Assembly: GCA_963762145.1 (NCBI GenBank)
Contig: CAVXJS010000014.1
Coordinates: forward strand, 512,001-576,000
Reading direction: 5' to 3'
Origin: an uncultured Candidatus Rokubacteria bacterium
Lineage (GTDB): Bacteria; Methylomirabilota; Methylomirabilia; Rokubacteriales; CSP1-6
Length of the DNA stretch: 64,000 nucleotides
Every line of letters begins with the position of its first letter. The stretch's first letter is position 1. Below the pieces are notes generated by a model. The model saw only the letters and a program-made list of their open reading frames with translations, did not search any database and had not been told where the DNA came from. A program made the position numbers and the translations under genes. Below are positions 27,685 to 37,138 of this stretch, one piece after another.

Positions 27685-28551
27685 CTACCCCTTTTCCACG
27701 GTTCGGCGCTCCACGGCGAGCAGTTTCTCGAGGTCGATCACGCCCAGCATCTCGTGCTCGAGCGGGCCCCAGTCGGCCTTCGCCTGGCCCGCCCCGAAGC
27801 CGGCGGCCAGATCCGCGTAGACCTTCTTCCACGCCGCGAACGCGGCGAGCAGCGGCGTGGACGGATCCGCGACGATGCGGAAGCCGAGCGCGCCGAGATC
27901 CGTGAGCGACATGCCGAGGCCGGCGAGACCGCCGCGCCCCGCCAGATACATGAGCGGGCCGCCGAGCCGCTCGCCGATGAGCCGGAGCTGCTCGGACGTG
28001 TTCGCCATCGAGAGTAGCAGCACGTCGGCGCCCGCCTTGCGATAAGCCTCGCCGCGACGGAGCGCGTCGTCCATCGTGCTGGCGCGCACCGCGTTGGTGC
28101 GCCCGATGACGAGGAAGTCCGGGTTGCGCCGCGCCGCCACCGCGGTCGCCACCTTGGCCGCCATCAGCTCCACCGGGATCATGTGCTCGATGCCGATGTG
28201 GTGGTGCGCGCGCTTCGGCACGAGCTGGTCCTCGATCTCGATGCCCGCGAAGCCGGCCGCCTCGCTCATGCCGATGGTGCGGTGCATGTGCATCGGGTCG
28301 CCGTAGCCGCAGGCCCCGTCCAGGATGAGCGGCAGGCGCGAGACCGCGCCGATGTCGAGGGCGGCCTGGCACATCTCGGTGAGGTTGAGATTCGCCTCGA
28401 GGGCCACCTTCTGATACCCGGTGGCGCCCCCGCCCAGGTAGCCGGCGGGAAAGCCGGCCGCCTCGACCATGCGGGCCATCAGCGGGTTCAGCACGAGGGG
28501 CGCGGTGACGGGCAGCGGGCCCTGCATCAGGGCGCGGAGCGGCGTGGGCAT
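27685..28551 (-). CDS. Isocitrate lyase/PEP mutase superfamily protein
   Basis: PLILDGACGYG, IEIEDQLVPKRAHH, LVIGRT, YRKAGAD. Confidence 0.9.
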   Translation of the reverse strand: MPTPLRALMQGPLPVTAPLVLNPLMARMVEAAGFPAGYLGGGATGYQKVALEANLNLTEMCQAALDIGAVSRLPLILDGACGYGDPMHMHRTIGMSEAAGFAGIEIEDQLVPKRAHHHIGIEHMIPVELMAAKVATAVAARRNPDFLVIGRTNAVRASTMDDALRRGEAYRKAGADVLLLSMANTSEQLRLIGERLGGPLMYLAGRGGLAGLGMSLTDLGALGFRIVADPSTPLLAAFAAWKKVYADLAAGFGAGQAKADWGPLEHEMLGVIDLEKLLAVERRTVEKG

Positions 28552-28574
28552 GCGTTCTCTCCCGGGCTCGAGGG

Positions 28575-29036
28575 CTAGAGGGGAATCGCGAGCAGCGTGT
28601 CCACGCGGCTGCTATCGCAGACCACGAGCCGCTCGCGGAAGCGCAGGGCCCCGCCCTCGTCCACCATGGTATCCACGTAGCGGCCGGTGGCGAAGAGGGC
28701 CATGCTGCCGTCGCGCATCACGCGCACCACCAGGAACGGTGTCTCCGCGTGGACCGCGCCGCCGGCGCCCGCGCGGATGGCGGGGAGGCCGACCAGGTGC
28801 CGGTAGGCCTGCCGCTCGTAGATGTTGGCCTCGCGCAGGGCGGTGACGCGGTCCTTCAGCATGCCGCGGGAGTCGGCGTAGACGAGGCCGGCGGGCAGGC
28901 CGCGCCGGTAGTTGTCCGCCGAGGTGATCTTGTAGACGCAGGGGTCGGTGAAGAAGTCCGGCCAGCTCTCGAGGCGGTCGTCGTCGATGGCCCGCGCGTA
29001 CTCCGCGTTGAGCTGGGAGACGCGCTCGGCCAGCAT
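28575..29036 (-). CDS. tphA3: Rieske aromatic dioxygenase beta subunit, terephthalate dioxygenase TphA3-like
   Basis: DRVTALREANIYER..YRHLVGLP and the C-terminal VCDS..DTLLAIPL match TphA3 as recalled; substrate unproven. Confidence 0.72.
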   Translation of the reverse strand: MLAERVSQLNAEYARAIDDDRLESWPDFFTDPCVYKITSADNYRRGLPAGLVYADSRGMLKDRVTALREANIYERQAYRHLVGLPAIRAGAGGAVHAETPFLVVRVMRDGSMALFATGRYVDTMVDEGGALRFRERLVVCDSSRVDTLLAIPL

Positions 29037-29037
29037 G

Positions 29038-30279
29038 CTAGTCGGCCATGTACCGCCGGTACGCCTTCCAGAAGCCGCGCACCGACGCCTCGGTGGCGCG
29101 CGTCTCCTGCGACTCGGCGCCCTCGCCGCCCATGTTGACGACCGAGACCTCGTCGCCCGCCGCCGCGACCCCGCGCTGCACGAAGCCGCCCACGCAGCCG
29201 TCCTCCATCGAGACGTAGCCCGCGGGCCCGACCAGGTTCGACTGCTTCATGCGGCGGCGCTGCATGTCCGCGTCGTCGTCGGCGAAGCCGAGATAGGTCC
29301 AGTGCAGCTCCATCGCACCCGGCCCGCGGGGCAACACCTGCCGCACCGCGAGGGAGTTGTGGATCTGCTGGAGGACGAAGTTCGGGAAGACGGTCAGGAT
29401 CTGGAGCTGGATGTCGTCGCCGAACTCGTTGACCGCGTCCAGCAGGCTCGGATCGGCCAGGCGGTAGTTCTGGTGCTCGGAGCGGATGCCCTGGTCGCGA
29501 TAGGCGGTGCTGTGGGCGTCGTCCGCGCGCTGGATGGTATAGCTGGCGTGATGGCCGCCGTCGGGGCTCACCAGAATCCCACCACCCTGGGTGAGCCGAG
29601 TGATTCTGAACGTCCCGAAGAAGGTGTGGAGCAGGCTCGCGTGGTAGGTGTCCTTCACGTTCTCCACGTAGAGCTTCCAGTTGTTGGGCAGGGCCTGGGT
29701 GAAGCGACCCATCACCCGCGCTTCCTTGTGCAGCACGCGCTGGAGCCGGCCCAGCACCTCGGCGCCCAGGTACTCCTCGATGGGCGGCGTGTCGGGCGAC
29801 AGCGTCGCGAAGACGAGCCCGGCCAGCACGGTGGTCCGCAGCCGGCGCGGCCCGTGGTCCGCCTTGCAGAAGGACGCGGGCATGCCGCCCTTGCCGTTGC
29901 TGCCCTTCTCGAACGCGATGCCGACCAGGCCGCCGGTGAGATCGTAGGTCCACGCGTGGTACACGCACTGGAAGTGGCTGCCGGTGGAGCCACTGTCGTC
30001 CAGCGCGATCAGCGCGCCGCGGTGGGCGCAGCGGTTCTCGAAGGCGTGGACTTCGCCCTGCGCGCCCCGCACCGCGATGACCGGCATCTCGCCGAGGAAG
30101 CTCGTCCGATAGTCACCCGGCTTCGGGAGGTCGGAGGCGAGGCAGAGGTAGTTCCAGACCGGGCCCTCGAAGATGCGGCGCAGCTCGGCGCGGTAGTTCT
30201 CCTCGTCCTGGTAGACCCAGTACGGCACGCGCGCCAATGACGCGCCCGGCCATTCGTGGCGCGAGCCCCGGTCTGTCAT
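29038..30279 (-). CDS. tphA2: Rieske aromatic dioxygenase alpha subunit, terephthalate dioxygenase TphA2-like
   Basis: Rieske motif CAH...CVYH; [19 protein letters not shown]; [14 protein letters not shown]; SMEDG; [15 protein letters not shown]. Confidence 0.75.
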   Translation of the reverse strand: MTDRGSRHEWPGASLARVPYWVYQDEENYRAELRRIFEGPVWNYLCLASDLPKPGDYRTSFLGEMPVIAVRGAQGEVHAFENRCAHRGALIALDDSGSTGSHFQCVYHAWTYDLTGGLVGIAFEKGSNGKGGMPASFCKADHGPRRLRTTVLAGLVFATLSPDTPPIEEYLGAEVLGRLQRVLHKEARVMGRFTQALPNNWKLYVENVKDTYHASLLHTFFGTFRITRLTQGGGILVSPDGGHHASYTIQRADDAHSTAYRDQGIRSEHQNYRLADPSLLDAVNEFGDDIQLQILTVFPNFVLQQIHNSLAVRQVLPRGPGAMELHWTYLGFADDDADMQRRRMKQSNLVGPAGYVSMEDGCVGGFVQRGVAAAGDEVSVVNMGGEGAESQETRATEASVRGFWKAYRRYMAD

Positions 30280-30314
30280 GCGCCGGGGAGGATAGCACAG
30301 GCCCCGGCACCCCG

Positions 30315-30413
30315 CCCCTCACCACTCGACCCCTCACCCTGCCCTCTCCCCAGAGGGGAGAGGGTTCTCTGCCGACTCCCTCTCCCCTCTGGGGAGAGGG
30401 CCGGGGTGAGGGG
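30315..30413. repeat. Family-B REP-like palindrome (CCCCTCACCCTGCCCTCTCCCC...GGGGAGAGGG), inverted pair
   Basis: One unit at 30315-30364 and an inverted unit at 30378-30413. Confidence 0.88.
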
Positions 30414-30420
30414 TCCCGCG

Positions 30421-31443
30421 CTACGCGAAGGCGGGCATCACCTCGCCGGCGAAGAGCTCCATGGAGCGCAGCACGCGCGCCTGGTCGAGGTCGCCGAACC
30501 AGAAGCTGCAGTTGAAGTGGGTGATGCCGACGTCCCGGCGCAGGCGCTCGATCTGGCGGATGCAGGTCTCGGGCGTGCCGATGACCAGGTAGCGGTCGAG
30601 CAGATCGTCCACGTCGGGCTCCTTCGGGGCGGGCACCGGGATCGCGCGGCCGTCCTCGACGCGCTCGTAGTGATTCCGGAGGCTGAGCGTCACGCGCATG
30701 TTCCACCGCGCCTCCTCGGCGGCGGCGCGGGCGTCCGATTCGCTCCTCGTCACGTAGACCGCGCGCTGCACGCCCACGTGGAGCGGCTGCGGCGGCTTCA
30801 CCTCGGACACCACGCGGTCGAACAGCTTCCGGAACTCGGCCATGCGCTCGACCGGGACGCCGAACCCGCCGGTGAGCACGTTGAAGCCGCGGCGCACCGC
30901 GCCCTCGACGGAGTCCGGGCTCTGCGCGGTGATCCAGATCGGCGGCCGCGGCCCTTCCATCTGCGGGAAGATCGTGGTCTCGGGAATCCGGTAGAGCTTG
31001 CCCTCGTAGCTGAACCGCCCGCCCGCGAGCGCCTTCAGGATGACGTCCACCGACTCCTCCCACCGGGCGCGCCCGCTCTCGAGCTCGAGCCCGAAGCGCT
31101 CGAACTCGTAGTGCTGGTAGCCGCGGCCGAGGCCGATGTCGAGCCGTCCCGGGGCGAGGAGCGAGAGCGTGGCGATCTCCTCCGCGACCACCAGGGGGTG
31201 GTGGAGCGGCACCACGATGACCGCGGTGCCCACCCGGATGCGGGTGGTGCGTCCCGCCAGGTAGGTGGCGAGCTGCACCGGGCGGGAGAGGTAGCCGTAG
31301 GTCGAGAAGTGGTGCTCGGCGAGCCAGATGTTGTTGAAGTTCAGGCGCTCGGCGGCCAGGGCCATCTCGACCGCGCGCGCGTAGATCTCCTTGGACGACC
31401 GGGCGGACGGCGACTGCATCAGCAGGAAGGTCCCGAAGTTCAT
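30421..31443 (-). CDS. LLM-class luciferase-like monooxygenase
   Basis: WLAEHHF, RIRVGTAV, HHPLVVAEE, GRLDIGLGRG. Start ATG 31443. Confidence 0.92.
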   Translation of the reverse strand: MNFGTFLLMQSPSARSSKEIYARAVEMALAAERLNFNNIWLAEHHFSTYGYLSRPVQLATYLAGRTTRIRVGTAVIVVPLHHPLVVAEEIATLSLLAPGRLDIGLGRGYQHYEFERFGLELESGRARWEESVDVILKALAGGRFSYEGKLYRIPETTIFPQMEGPRPPIWITAQSPDSVEGAVRRGFNVLTGGFGVPVERMAEFRKLFDRVVSEVKPPQPLHVGVQRAVYVTRSESDARAAAEEARWNMRVTLSLRNHYERVEDGRAIPVPAPKEPDVDDLLDRYLVIGTPETCIRQIERLRRDVGITHFNCSFWFGDLDQARVLRSMELFAGEVMPAFA

Positions 31444-31450
31444 GATGTCC

Positions 31451-32449
31451 TCATGGTAGGGCGAGGAACTGCCGGGCATTGTCCACGGTGAGCCGCTGCC
31501 GCGTGGCCGCGTCGAGCGCGAGCGCGTCCAGCGCGCTCACCGGATCGTCCACGCCCATCTTGAACGGGTAGTCGCTCCCGAGCACGATGCGCTCGGGCCC
31601 GAAGGTGTCGAGCGCGAACGCCAGCACCTTGGGCGAGAGGGTCAGCGAGTCCACCCAGACCCGCCGCGCGTAGGCGCTCGGCGGCTGGCCCAGCGCCTGC
31701 TTCGCGTCGGGGATCGCGCTCCAGCCCTGATCGAGCCGCGGCAGGATGTAGGCGAAGGCGCCGCCGCCGTGGGCGAAGCACCAGCGCACGGTGGGCCAGC
31801 GGTCGAGCACGCCGCCGAAGATCACCCGCGTCATGGCGAGCGCGGTCTCGAGGGGGAAGCCGGCGACCTGCGTCAGGTTGTTCTTGCGGAAGCGCGGATC
31901 GCCCAGGATCGGCGCTTGCGGGTGGACGAAGATCGCGACGCCGAGCGCGGCCGCCGCGTCCCACACCGGGGCCAGGCTCGGGTCGTCGAGATCGTTGCCG
32001 CCGACGTTGGCGCCGATCTCGACCGCGGGAAAGCGCAGCACGGTGGTCACGCGCTCCAGCTCCTTCACGGCCAGGTCGGGCGCCTGCAGCGGCAGCCCGC
32101 CCGCGCCGAGGAAGCGCGCGGGGCTCCGGCCGACCAGCTCCGCGATCGCGTCGTTCTGCATCCGGCACCACTCGGCCGCCGCGGGGCCGGGCGCCCAGTA
32201 GCAGAAGGTCGGCGGGGCGGGGGAGAGGAGCTGGCGATCCACGCCGGTCCGGTCCATCTGCTCGAGGCGGCGCGCGGGGTCGAAGGCGTGCGGCGTGAGG
32301 TTGCGGTTGAACGTCGCGCCCAGGTAGAGCTTGCACCCGGTGGCCGGGTCGCCCTCGAGCCGCGGCCAGCGGTCGCCGCCGTGGCGCGCCGCGAAGTCCG
32401 GCCAGCCGCTCGCGAAGATGTGCGTGTGCACGTCGATCGGTCCGGTCAT
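31451..32449 (-). CDS. Amidohydrolase-2 family decarboxylase (ACMSD-like)
   Basis: IDVHTH, LPLQAPDLAVKELER, IFVHP, FAHGGG, LGSDYPF. Confidence 0.9.
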   Translation of the reverse strand: MTGPIDVHTHIFASGWPDFAARHGGDRWPRLEGDPATGCKLYLGATFNRNLTPHAFDPARRLEQMDRTGVDRQLLSPAPPTFCYWAPGPAAAEWCRMQNDAIAELVGRSPARFLGAGGLPLQAPDLAVKELERVTTVLRFPAVEIGANVGGNDLDDPSLAPVWDAAAALGVAIFVHPQAPILGDPRFRKNNLTQVAGFPLETALAMTRVIFGGVLDRWPTVRWCFAHGGGAFAYILPRLDQGWSAIPDAKQALGQPPSAYARRVWVDSLTLSPKVLAFALDTFGPERIVLGSDYPFKMGVDDPVSALDALALDAATRQRLTVDNARQFLALP

Positions 32450-33942
32450 GCGCCCTCCGCCAGGCCGCGCAGCCGCTCCAGCAGCCTGACCAGCCCCCAC
32501 GTGTCCTGATGGCAGTACGCGAGCAGATCCGCGCGCAGCCGTGCCCGCTCCCCCGGCTCCATCTCGTCCCCGTGGAAGAGCAGGCGCCCCAGCTCGAGGC
32601 TCGCGGTCTCACCCTCGGCGATCGCGAGCCCACGATAGCTCATCTCGGGCACCAGCGCGGGCAGCACGCGCTTGAGCGAGAAGGCGCCGCCGAAGTCCGG
32701 ATGATAAACGTGATTGCGCACCACCGGCAACAGGTCCACCAGGCGCGCGGCGAGGGCCTCGAGCGGCGCGGCCAGGCCCGGCAGCGCCGCCGCGAGCTCC
32801 CGGATCCGGTCGCGCTCGAAGCGCGCGTTGTACGCCACGATGGGGTGGGCGCCCTCGCACGCGGCGAGCAGGCGCGCGGCCAGCGCCGGGCGCGGGTCGC
32901 CGGGCCCCTCCGCGAGCCAATCGTGGGCCTGCAGGGCGCCGCGTCCGTCCGGCACCTGCGCGCTGAACTGCACCGGCACCTGGTCGTAGGGGTGGCAGCC
33001 GCTCCACACCGGAATGGCCAGGCCGACCGTCTCGAAGTCGAGGAAGGCCACCGGAGGCGTGAACGGGGCGAGCGCGGCGGACAGGGTCGGCTCGACGATC
33101 ATCCGCCCGGCCTGCACCGCCCGGCGCTGCCGGTCGGCGGCGGCCCCGAGGGCGAAATCCTCGGGCAGATCGAAGATGGTGCGGTAGCCGAGCTCGTCCA
33201 GCTCGAACGCGCGCCGTCGCATCGCGTAGAGCGTGCTCACGTGATGCGGCGGCAGCACCGGCCAGCAGCGCTCGGTGAACGGGCACTCGTAGGGCGACGA
33301 GCAGTGCGGGCCGGTGGCCACGTACGGCAGGGGGCCCGCGAGCATGGCGGTCATCGCCACGACCTCGCCGGGGACCGCGGCCAGGCGCGCCTCGACCAGC
33401 TCGGTGACGTCGGCCCGCGTGAAGAGATTGCTCAGGTCGGGGTACGCGCAGGCACGGTTGAGGTGCATGACCTCCATGCGGACGACGTCGATGCCGCTCC
33501 GGCGCAGCACGTGGGTCTGGACCGCCACGTCGGGCAGGTGCTGCGCCTTCACGCTCGTGGTGGACTTGACCTCGATCAGGCGGAAGCCGCCCTCCACGCG
33601 CTCCAGGATATCCACCGAGACGAAGACACCGTCGGCGCGGAAGGCGGCCTCGTAGACCGCGGGGGCGCCCTGGGCGAGGGCACGCCGGGTGTCCTCGAGC
33701 CGCTGCTCGTAGGCGTTGTGCGGGAGGTCCACGAGCACGCCCCCCGGCACGTAGGTCCGGGCCAGGGCGCCCACCCGGTGGCCCTGGTCGTAGACGGCCT
33801 GAAGCGCGTCGTCCACGTCGAGCTCGGCCGCGGCCGGCTCGTGCGCCGTCCACCAGAGCAGTCTGTGGCACTGCAGTCCCGCCATGACGCGGGACTTGGA
33901 GAGACCGGGCGCCCGGGCGGGGTCAGGCGGAGACGCCGCCAC
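32446..33942 (-). CDS. DUF2779-domain protein (PD-(D/E)XK-like N-terminus, RNase H-like C-terminus)
   Basis: LSKSRVMAGLQC, VDIL...IEVKS, C..PY.CPF...C, FLDFET, QVPVQFS, YNARFE, SLKRVLPAL, YCHQDT. Confidence 0.85.
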   Translation of the reverse strand: MAASPPDPARAPGLSKSRVMAGLQCHRLLWWTAHEPAAAELDVDDALQAVYDQGHRVGALARTYVPGGVLVDLPHNAYEQRLEDTRRALAQGAPAVYEAAFRADGVFVSVDILERVEGGFRLIEVKSTTSVKAQHLPDVAVQTHVLRRSGIDVVRMEVMHLNRACAYPDLSNLFTRADVTELVEARLAAVPGEVVAMTAMLAGPLPYVATGPHCSSPYECPFTERCWPVLPPHHVSTLYAMRRRAFELDELGYRTIFDLPEDFALGAAADRQRRAVQAGRMIVEPTLSAALAPFTPPVAFLDFETVGLAIPVWSGCHPYDQVPVQFSAQVPDGRGALQAHDWLAEGPGDPRPALAARLLAACEGAHPIVAYNARFERDRIRELAAALPGLAAPLEALAARLVDLLPVVRNHVYHPDFGGAFSLKRVLPALVPEMSYRGLAIAEGETASLELGRLLFHGDEMEPGERARLRADLLAYCHQDTWGLVRLLERLRGLAEGA

Positions 33943-33951
33943 GCTCCGGGC

Positions 33952-34200
33952 TCAGCGGAAGAAGCCCATCGCCCGCAGGATCGCGATCAGGATCACCGCC
34001 CCGAGCAGCGAGACGATGAAGCTGCCGACAGAGCCGATCGCGGCGATGCCGAACGCCCCCGCCACCCAGTGCCCCAGGACGGAGCCCACGATGCCGACGA
34101 CGATGTTCGCGATCAGCCCCATCTGGGCGTTGGTCTTCATGATGAGGCTGCCAAGCCATCCGATGATCCCGCCGATGATGATGGCCACGATGAAGCTCAT
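33952..34200 (-). CDS. GlsB/YeaQ/YmgE (transglycosylase-associated) membrane protein
   Basis: IIGGIIGWLGSLIMK...GLIANIVVGIVGS...SLLGAVILI. SD GAGGAGG. Confidence 0.9.
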   Translation of the reverse strand: MSFIVAIIIGGIIGWLGSLIMKTNAQMGLIANIVVGIVGSVLGHWVAGAFGIAAIGSVGSFIVSLLGAVILIAILRAMGFFR

Positions 34201-34327
34201 GGATTGTGCCCTCCTCGGGGAAGTCTGAGCGGGCCGACGGTCGCGGCGACGGTAACACAGCCTCCGCGCGCCGGGCCGGCCAATGTATACTCCCGCCACA
34301 GAGCAGCCGCCCAAGGGAGGGCCGACC

Positions 34328-35311
34328 ATGGCGACGCAGATGACCGAGCCGCGGATGGACCTGGAGCAGCACCTCCACATGTACCGTCAGATGGCCAAGA
34401 TCCGCGCCTTCGAGGAGCAGGTGAACGAGCTCTACAAGGGCGCGAAGATGCCCGGCCTGGCCCACCTGTACGTCGGCGAGGAAGCGGTCGCGGTCGGGGT
34501 CTGCGAGGCGCTCAAGCGCGACGACTACATCACCAGCACGCACCGCGGCCACGGCCACTGCCTGGCCAAGGGCGCCTCGGTGAGCCGGATGTTCGCCGAG
34601 CTGCTGGGCAAGGAGGCGGGCTACTGCCGGGGCAAGGGCGGCTCGATGCACATCGCGGATCCCGAGACCGGGAACCTCGGCGCCAACGCGATCGTGGGCG
34701 GCTCCGCCGGCCTCGCCACCGGCGCCGCGCTCTCGGCCAAGATGCGCAAGAGCGGCCAGGTCGCGGTGTGCTTCTTCGGCGACGGCGCGCTGGGGCAGGG
34801 CCTGCTCTACGAGGCCATGAACATGGCCTCGCTCTGGAAGCTGCCCGTCATCTATGTCTGCGAGAACAACCTCTACGGCGAGTACACCCCCGGCACCGAG
34901 ACGATCGGCGGCGAGATTCTGTCCCGCCCCCGCGCGATGGGCGTGCACGCCGAGAGCGTGGACGGCCAGGACGTGCAGGCGGTGCACGCCACGATGAAGC
35001 GTCTGGTGGAGCGGGCGCGCCGCGGCGAGGGCCCCGCCTTCCTCGAGTGCAAGACCTACCGGTACTACGGCCACCACGTGGGCGACGTGAACCGGGAGTA
35101 CCGCACCCGCGACGAGGAGCGGGACTGGATGACCAACCGCGACCCGCTCGAGACGCTGTCCACGCGGCTCATGCAGCAGCGGCTCGCCGAGCAGTCCGTC
35201 TTCGACCGCATCCAGGCGGACGTGAAGACCGAGATCGAGAGCGGCGTGCAGTACGCGCTGGCCGCCCCGTACCCCGCCCCGGGCCAGGTGGACGAGGATG
35301 TCTACGCCTGA
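34328..35311 (+). CDS. TPP-dependent 2-oxoacid/acetoin dehydrogenase E1 alpha subunit
   Basis: HLYVGEEA, STHRGHGH, GKGGSMH, FFGDGA...ENN, TYRYYGH. Confidence 0.95.
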   Translation: MATQMTEPRMDLEQHLHMYRQMAKIRAFEEQVNELYKGAKMPGLAHLYVGEEAVAVGVCEALKRDDYITSTHRGHGHCLAKGASVSRMFAELLGKEAGYCRGKGGSMHIADPETGNLGANAIVGGSAGLATGAALSAKMRKSGQVAVCFFGDGALGQGLLYEAMNMASLWKLPVIYVCENNLYGEYTPGTETIGGEILSRPRAMGVHAESVDGQDVQAVHATMKRLVERARRGEGPAFLECKTYRYYGHHVGDVNREYRTRDEERDWMTNRDPLETLSTRLMQQRLAEQSVFDRIQADVKTEIESGVQYALAAPYPAPGQVDEDVYA

Positions 35312-36569
35312 CGGCGAGCCCCGCGCCCGCATCGACTACAAGGCGCTGGTGCAGGACGATCGCATCCACGCCTCGCTCTACACCGACCCGCGCATCTTCG
35401 CCGACGAGATGGAGCGGATCTTTCACCGCGGGTGGGTCTTCGTCGGCCACGCCAGCGAGATCCCGCGCCCGGGCGACTACGTCACCCGCCGCATCGGGGC
35501 CCAGCCGGTCATCATGGTCCGCGGCCGCGCGGGGCAGGTCTCGGTCTTCGTCAACCGCTGCCGGCACCGCGGCACCATGCTCTGCCCGGCCGAGCGCGGC
35601 CATGCCCGCACGTTCGCCTGCCCCTATCACGGCTGGACGTACGATGTCGACGGCGCGCTCACCGGCGTGCCCTACCCGGGCGGCTACGCCGCGCTGGACC
35701 GGAGCGAGTACGGCCTCGAGCCGGCCGCGCGCGTGTCGAGCTACCGGGGCTTCGTCTTCGCGTCGTTCGCGGCCTCCGGCATCACGCTCCTCGAGCACCT
35801 GGGGGCCGCGACCCGGCTGATCGACCGCTCGTGCGATCTCTCCCCCACGGGGGAGATCGAGCTGACCGCGGGCTGGGTGAAGCATCGCTGCGCGGCCAAC
35901 TGGAAGACGCTGCCCGAGAACGACAGCGACGGCTATCACCTGGGCTTCGTGCACCTCGCGCTCTTCAAGACGGTGCGCATGCAGTACCAGCGGGTGGTCG
36001 GCGACGAGAAGGCCATCAAGGCGGTGGTGCGCGACTGGGGCCACGGCCACATCGAGATCGACTGGTCCCCCGGCTACCAGGGCCCGTTCGAGTGGTTCGG
36101 CGGGGCGTCGGGCCCGGTGGTCGCGGACTTCGTAGCCGCGCTCGAGCGCCGCGACGGGCCGGAGCTGGCGCGGCAGCGGATCATGCAGGGCCCCGCGCAC
36201 GCGCTCATCTTCCCGAACCTCTTCCTCGGGGAAACCAACATCGCGATCGTCGAGCCGGTGGACGTCGAGGAGTGCGTGCACTGGCACACCCCGATGTTCT
36301 GGAAGGGCGTGCCCGAGTTCAACGGCCGCCTGCTGCGCATGGCCGAGGCGGGCATGGGCCCCGCGTCGTTCCTGATGCCGGAGGACCTGATCATCGCGAC
36401 CCGGAATCAGCAGGGGCTGCGCGCGCGTACCCCGGAGTGGCTGCTGCTGAGCCGGGGGCTGAACCGCGAGTACACCGACGACCAGGGCCGGGCGGTCTCC
36501 CACGTCACCGACGAGACCACGAACCGGGCGCTCTGGCGGCACTATCGCGCGGTGATGACCGAGGCGTAG
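35298..36569 (+). CDS. Rieske aromatic ring-hydroxylating dioxygenase alpha subunit
   Basis: CRHRG...CPYHGW, NWKTLPENDSDGYHLGFVH, PED. Overlaps the E1a stop. Confidence 0.92.
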   Translation: MSTPDGEPRARIDYKALVQDDRIHASLYTDPRIFADEMERIFHRGWVFVGHASEIPRPGDYVTRRIGAQPVIMVRGRAGQVSVFVNRCRHRGTMLCPAERGHARTFACPYHGWTYDVDGALTGVPYPGGYAALDRSEYGLEPAARVSSYRGFVFASFAASGITLLEHLGAATRLIDRSCDLSPTGEIELTAGWVKHRCAANWKTLPENDSDGYHLGFVHLALFKTVRMQYQRVVGDEKAIKAVVRDWGHGHIEIDWSPGYQGPFEWFGGASGPVVADFVAALERRDGPELARQRIMQGPAHALIFPNLFLGETNIAIVEPVDVEECVHWHTPMFWKGVPEFNGRLLRMAEAGMGPASFLMPEDLIIATRNQQGLRARTPEWLLLSRGLNREYTDDQGRAVSHVTDETTNRALWRHYRAVMTEA

Positions 36570-36583
36570 CGCGCGCCGCCCCG

Positions 36584-37075
36584 ATGGTCAGCGAGCAGGA
36601 CCACCGGGCGGTCGTCGGGTTCCTGTACCGGGAGGCGCGCCTGGCCGACGAGGCCCGCTACGCCGAGTGGCTCGCGCTCTGGACCGAGGACGCGGTGTAC
36701 TGGGTGCCGGCCAGCCCCGATCCCGACGCGGATCCGGAGACGCGCATCTCGCACATCTACGACAACCGCGCACGCCTCGAGACCCGGATCAGGCTGCTGC
36801 AGACCGGCCACCGCTACAGCCAGGAGCCCGCGTCGCTGATGCGGCGGCTCGTCTCCAACATCGAGGTGGAGGAAGGGCAGGACGGCGAGCTCGTGGCGGG
36901 CTCGAACTTCATCCTGGCCGAGCTCTCGGTGCAGGCCAAGGCGGAGATGCACTGGTGGGTGGGGCGCACCACGCATCACCTCCGACGGGTGGACGGCGCG
37001 CTGCGGATGAAGCTCAAGAAGGTGGTGCTGATCAACGCGGCGGAGCCGCTGCCGAACCTGTCGTTCCTGATCTGA
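36584..37075 (+). CDS. Ring-hydroxylating dioxygenase beta subunit
   Basis: FLYREARLAD, WLALW..DAVYWVP, KKVVLIN. Confidence 0.9.
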   Translation: MVSEQDHRAVVGFLYREARLADEARYAEWLALWTEDAVYWVPASPDPDADPETRISHIYDNRARLETRIRLLQTGHRYSQEPASLMRRLVSNIEVEEGQDGELVAGSNFILAELSVQAKAEMHWWVGRTTHHLRRVDGALRMKLKKVVLINAAEPLPNLSFLI

Positions 37076-37088
37076 AGTCCCGGGGCCA

Positions 37089-37127
37089 CCCCCTCACCCT
37101 GCCCTCTCCCCCTCACGGGGGAGAGGG
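37089..37127. repeat. Family-B REP-like palindrome
   Basis: CCCCCTCACCCTGCCCTCTCCCCC-tcac-GGGGGAGAGGG between convergent genes. Confidence 0.88.
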
Positions 37128-37138
37128 AGGAGCGCAGG

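Noticed and set aside
32446-33942. DUF2779 gene as cas4 marking a CRISPR-Cas locus
   Set aside because: No cas1, cas2 or array; the architecture fits standalone DUF2779 proteins.
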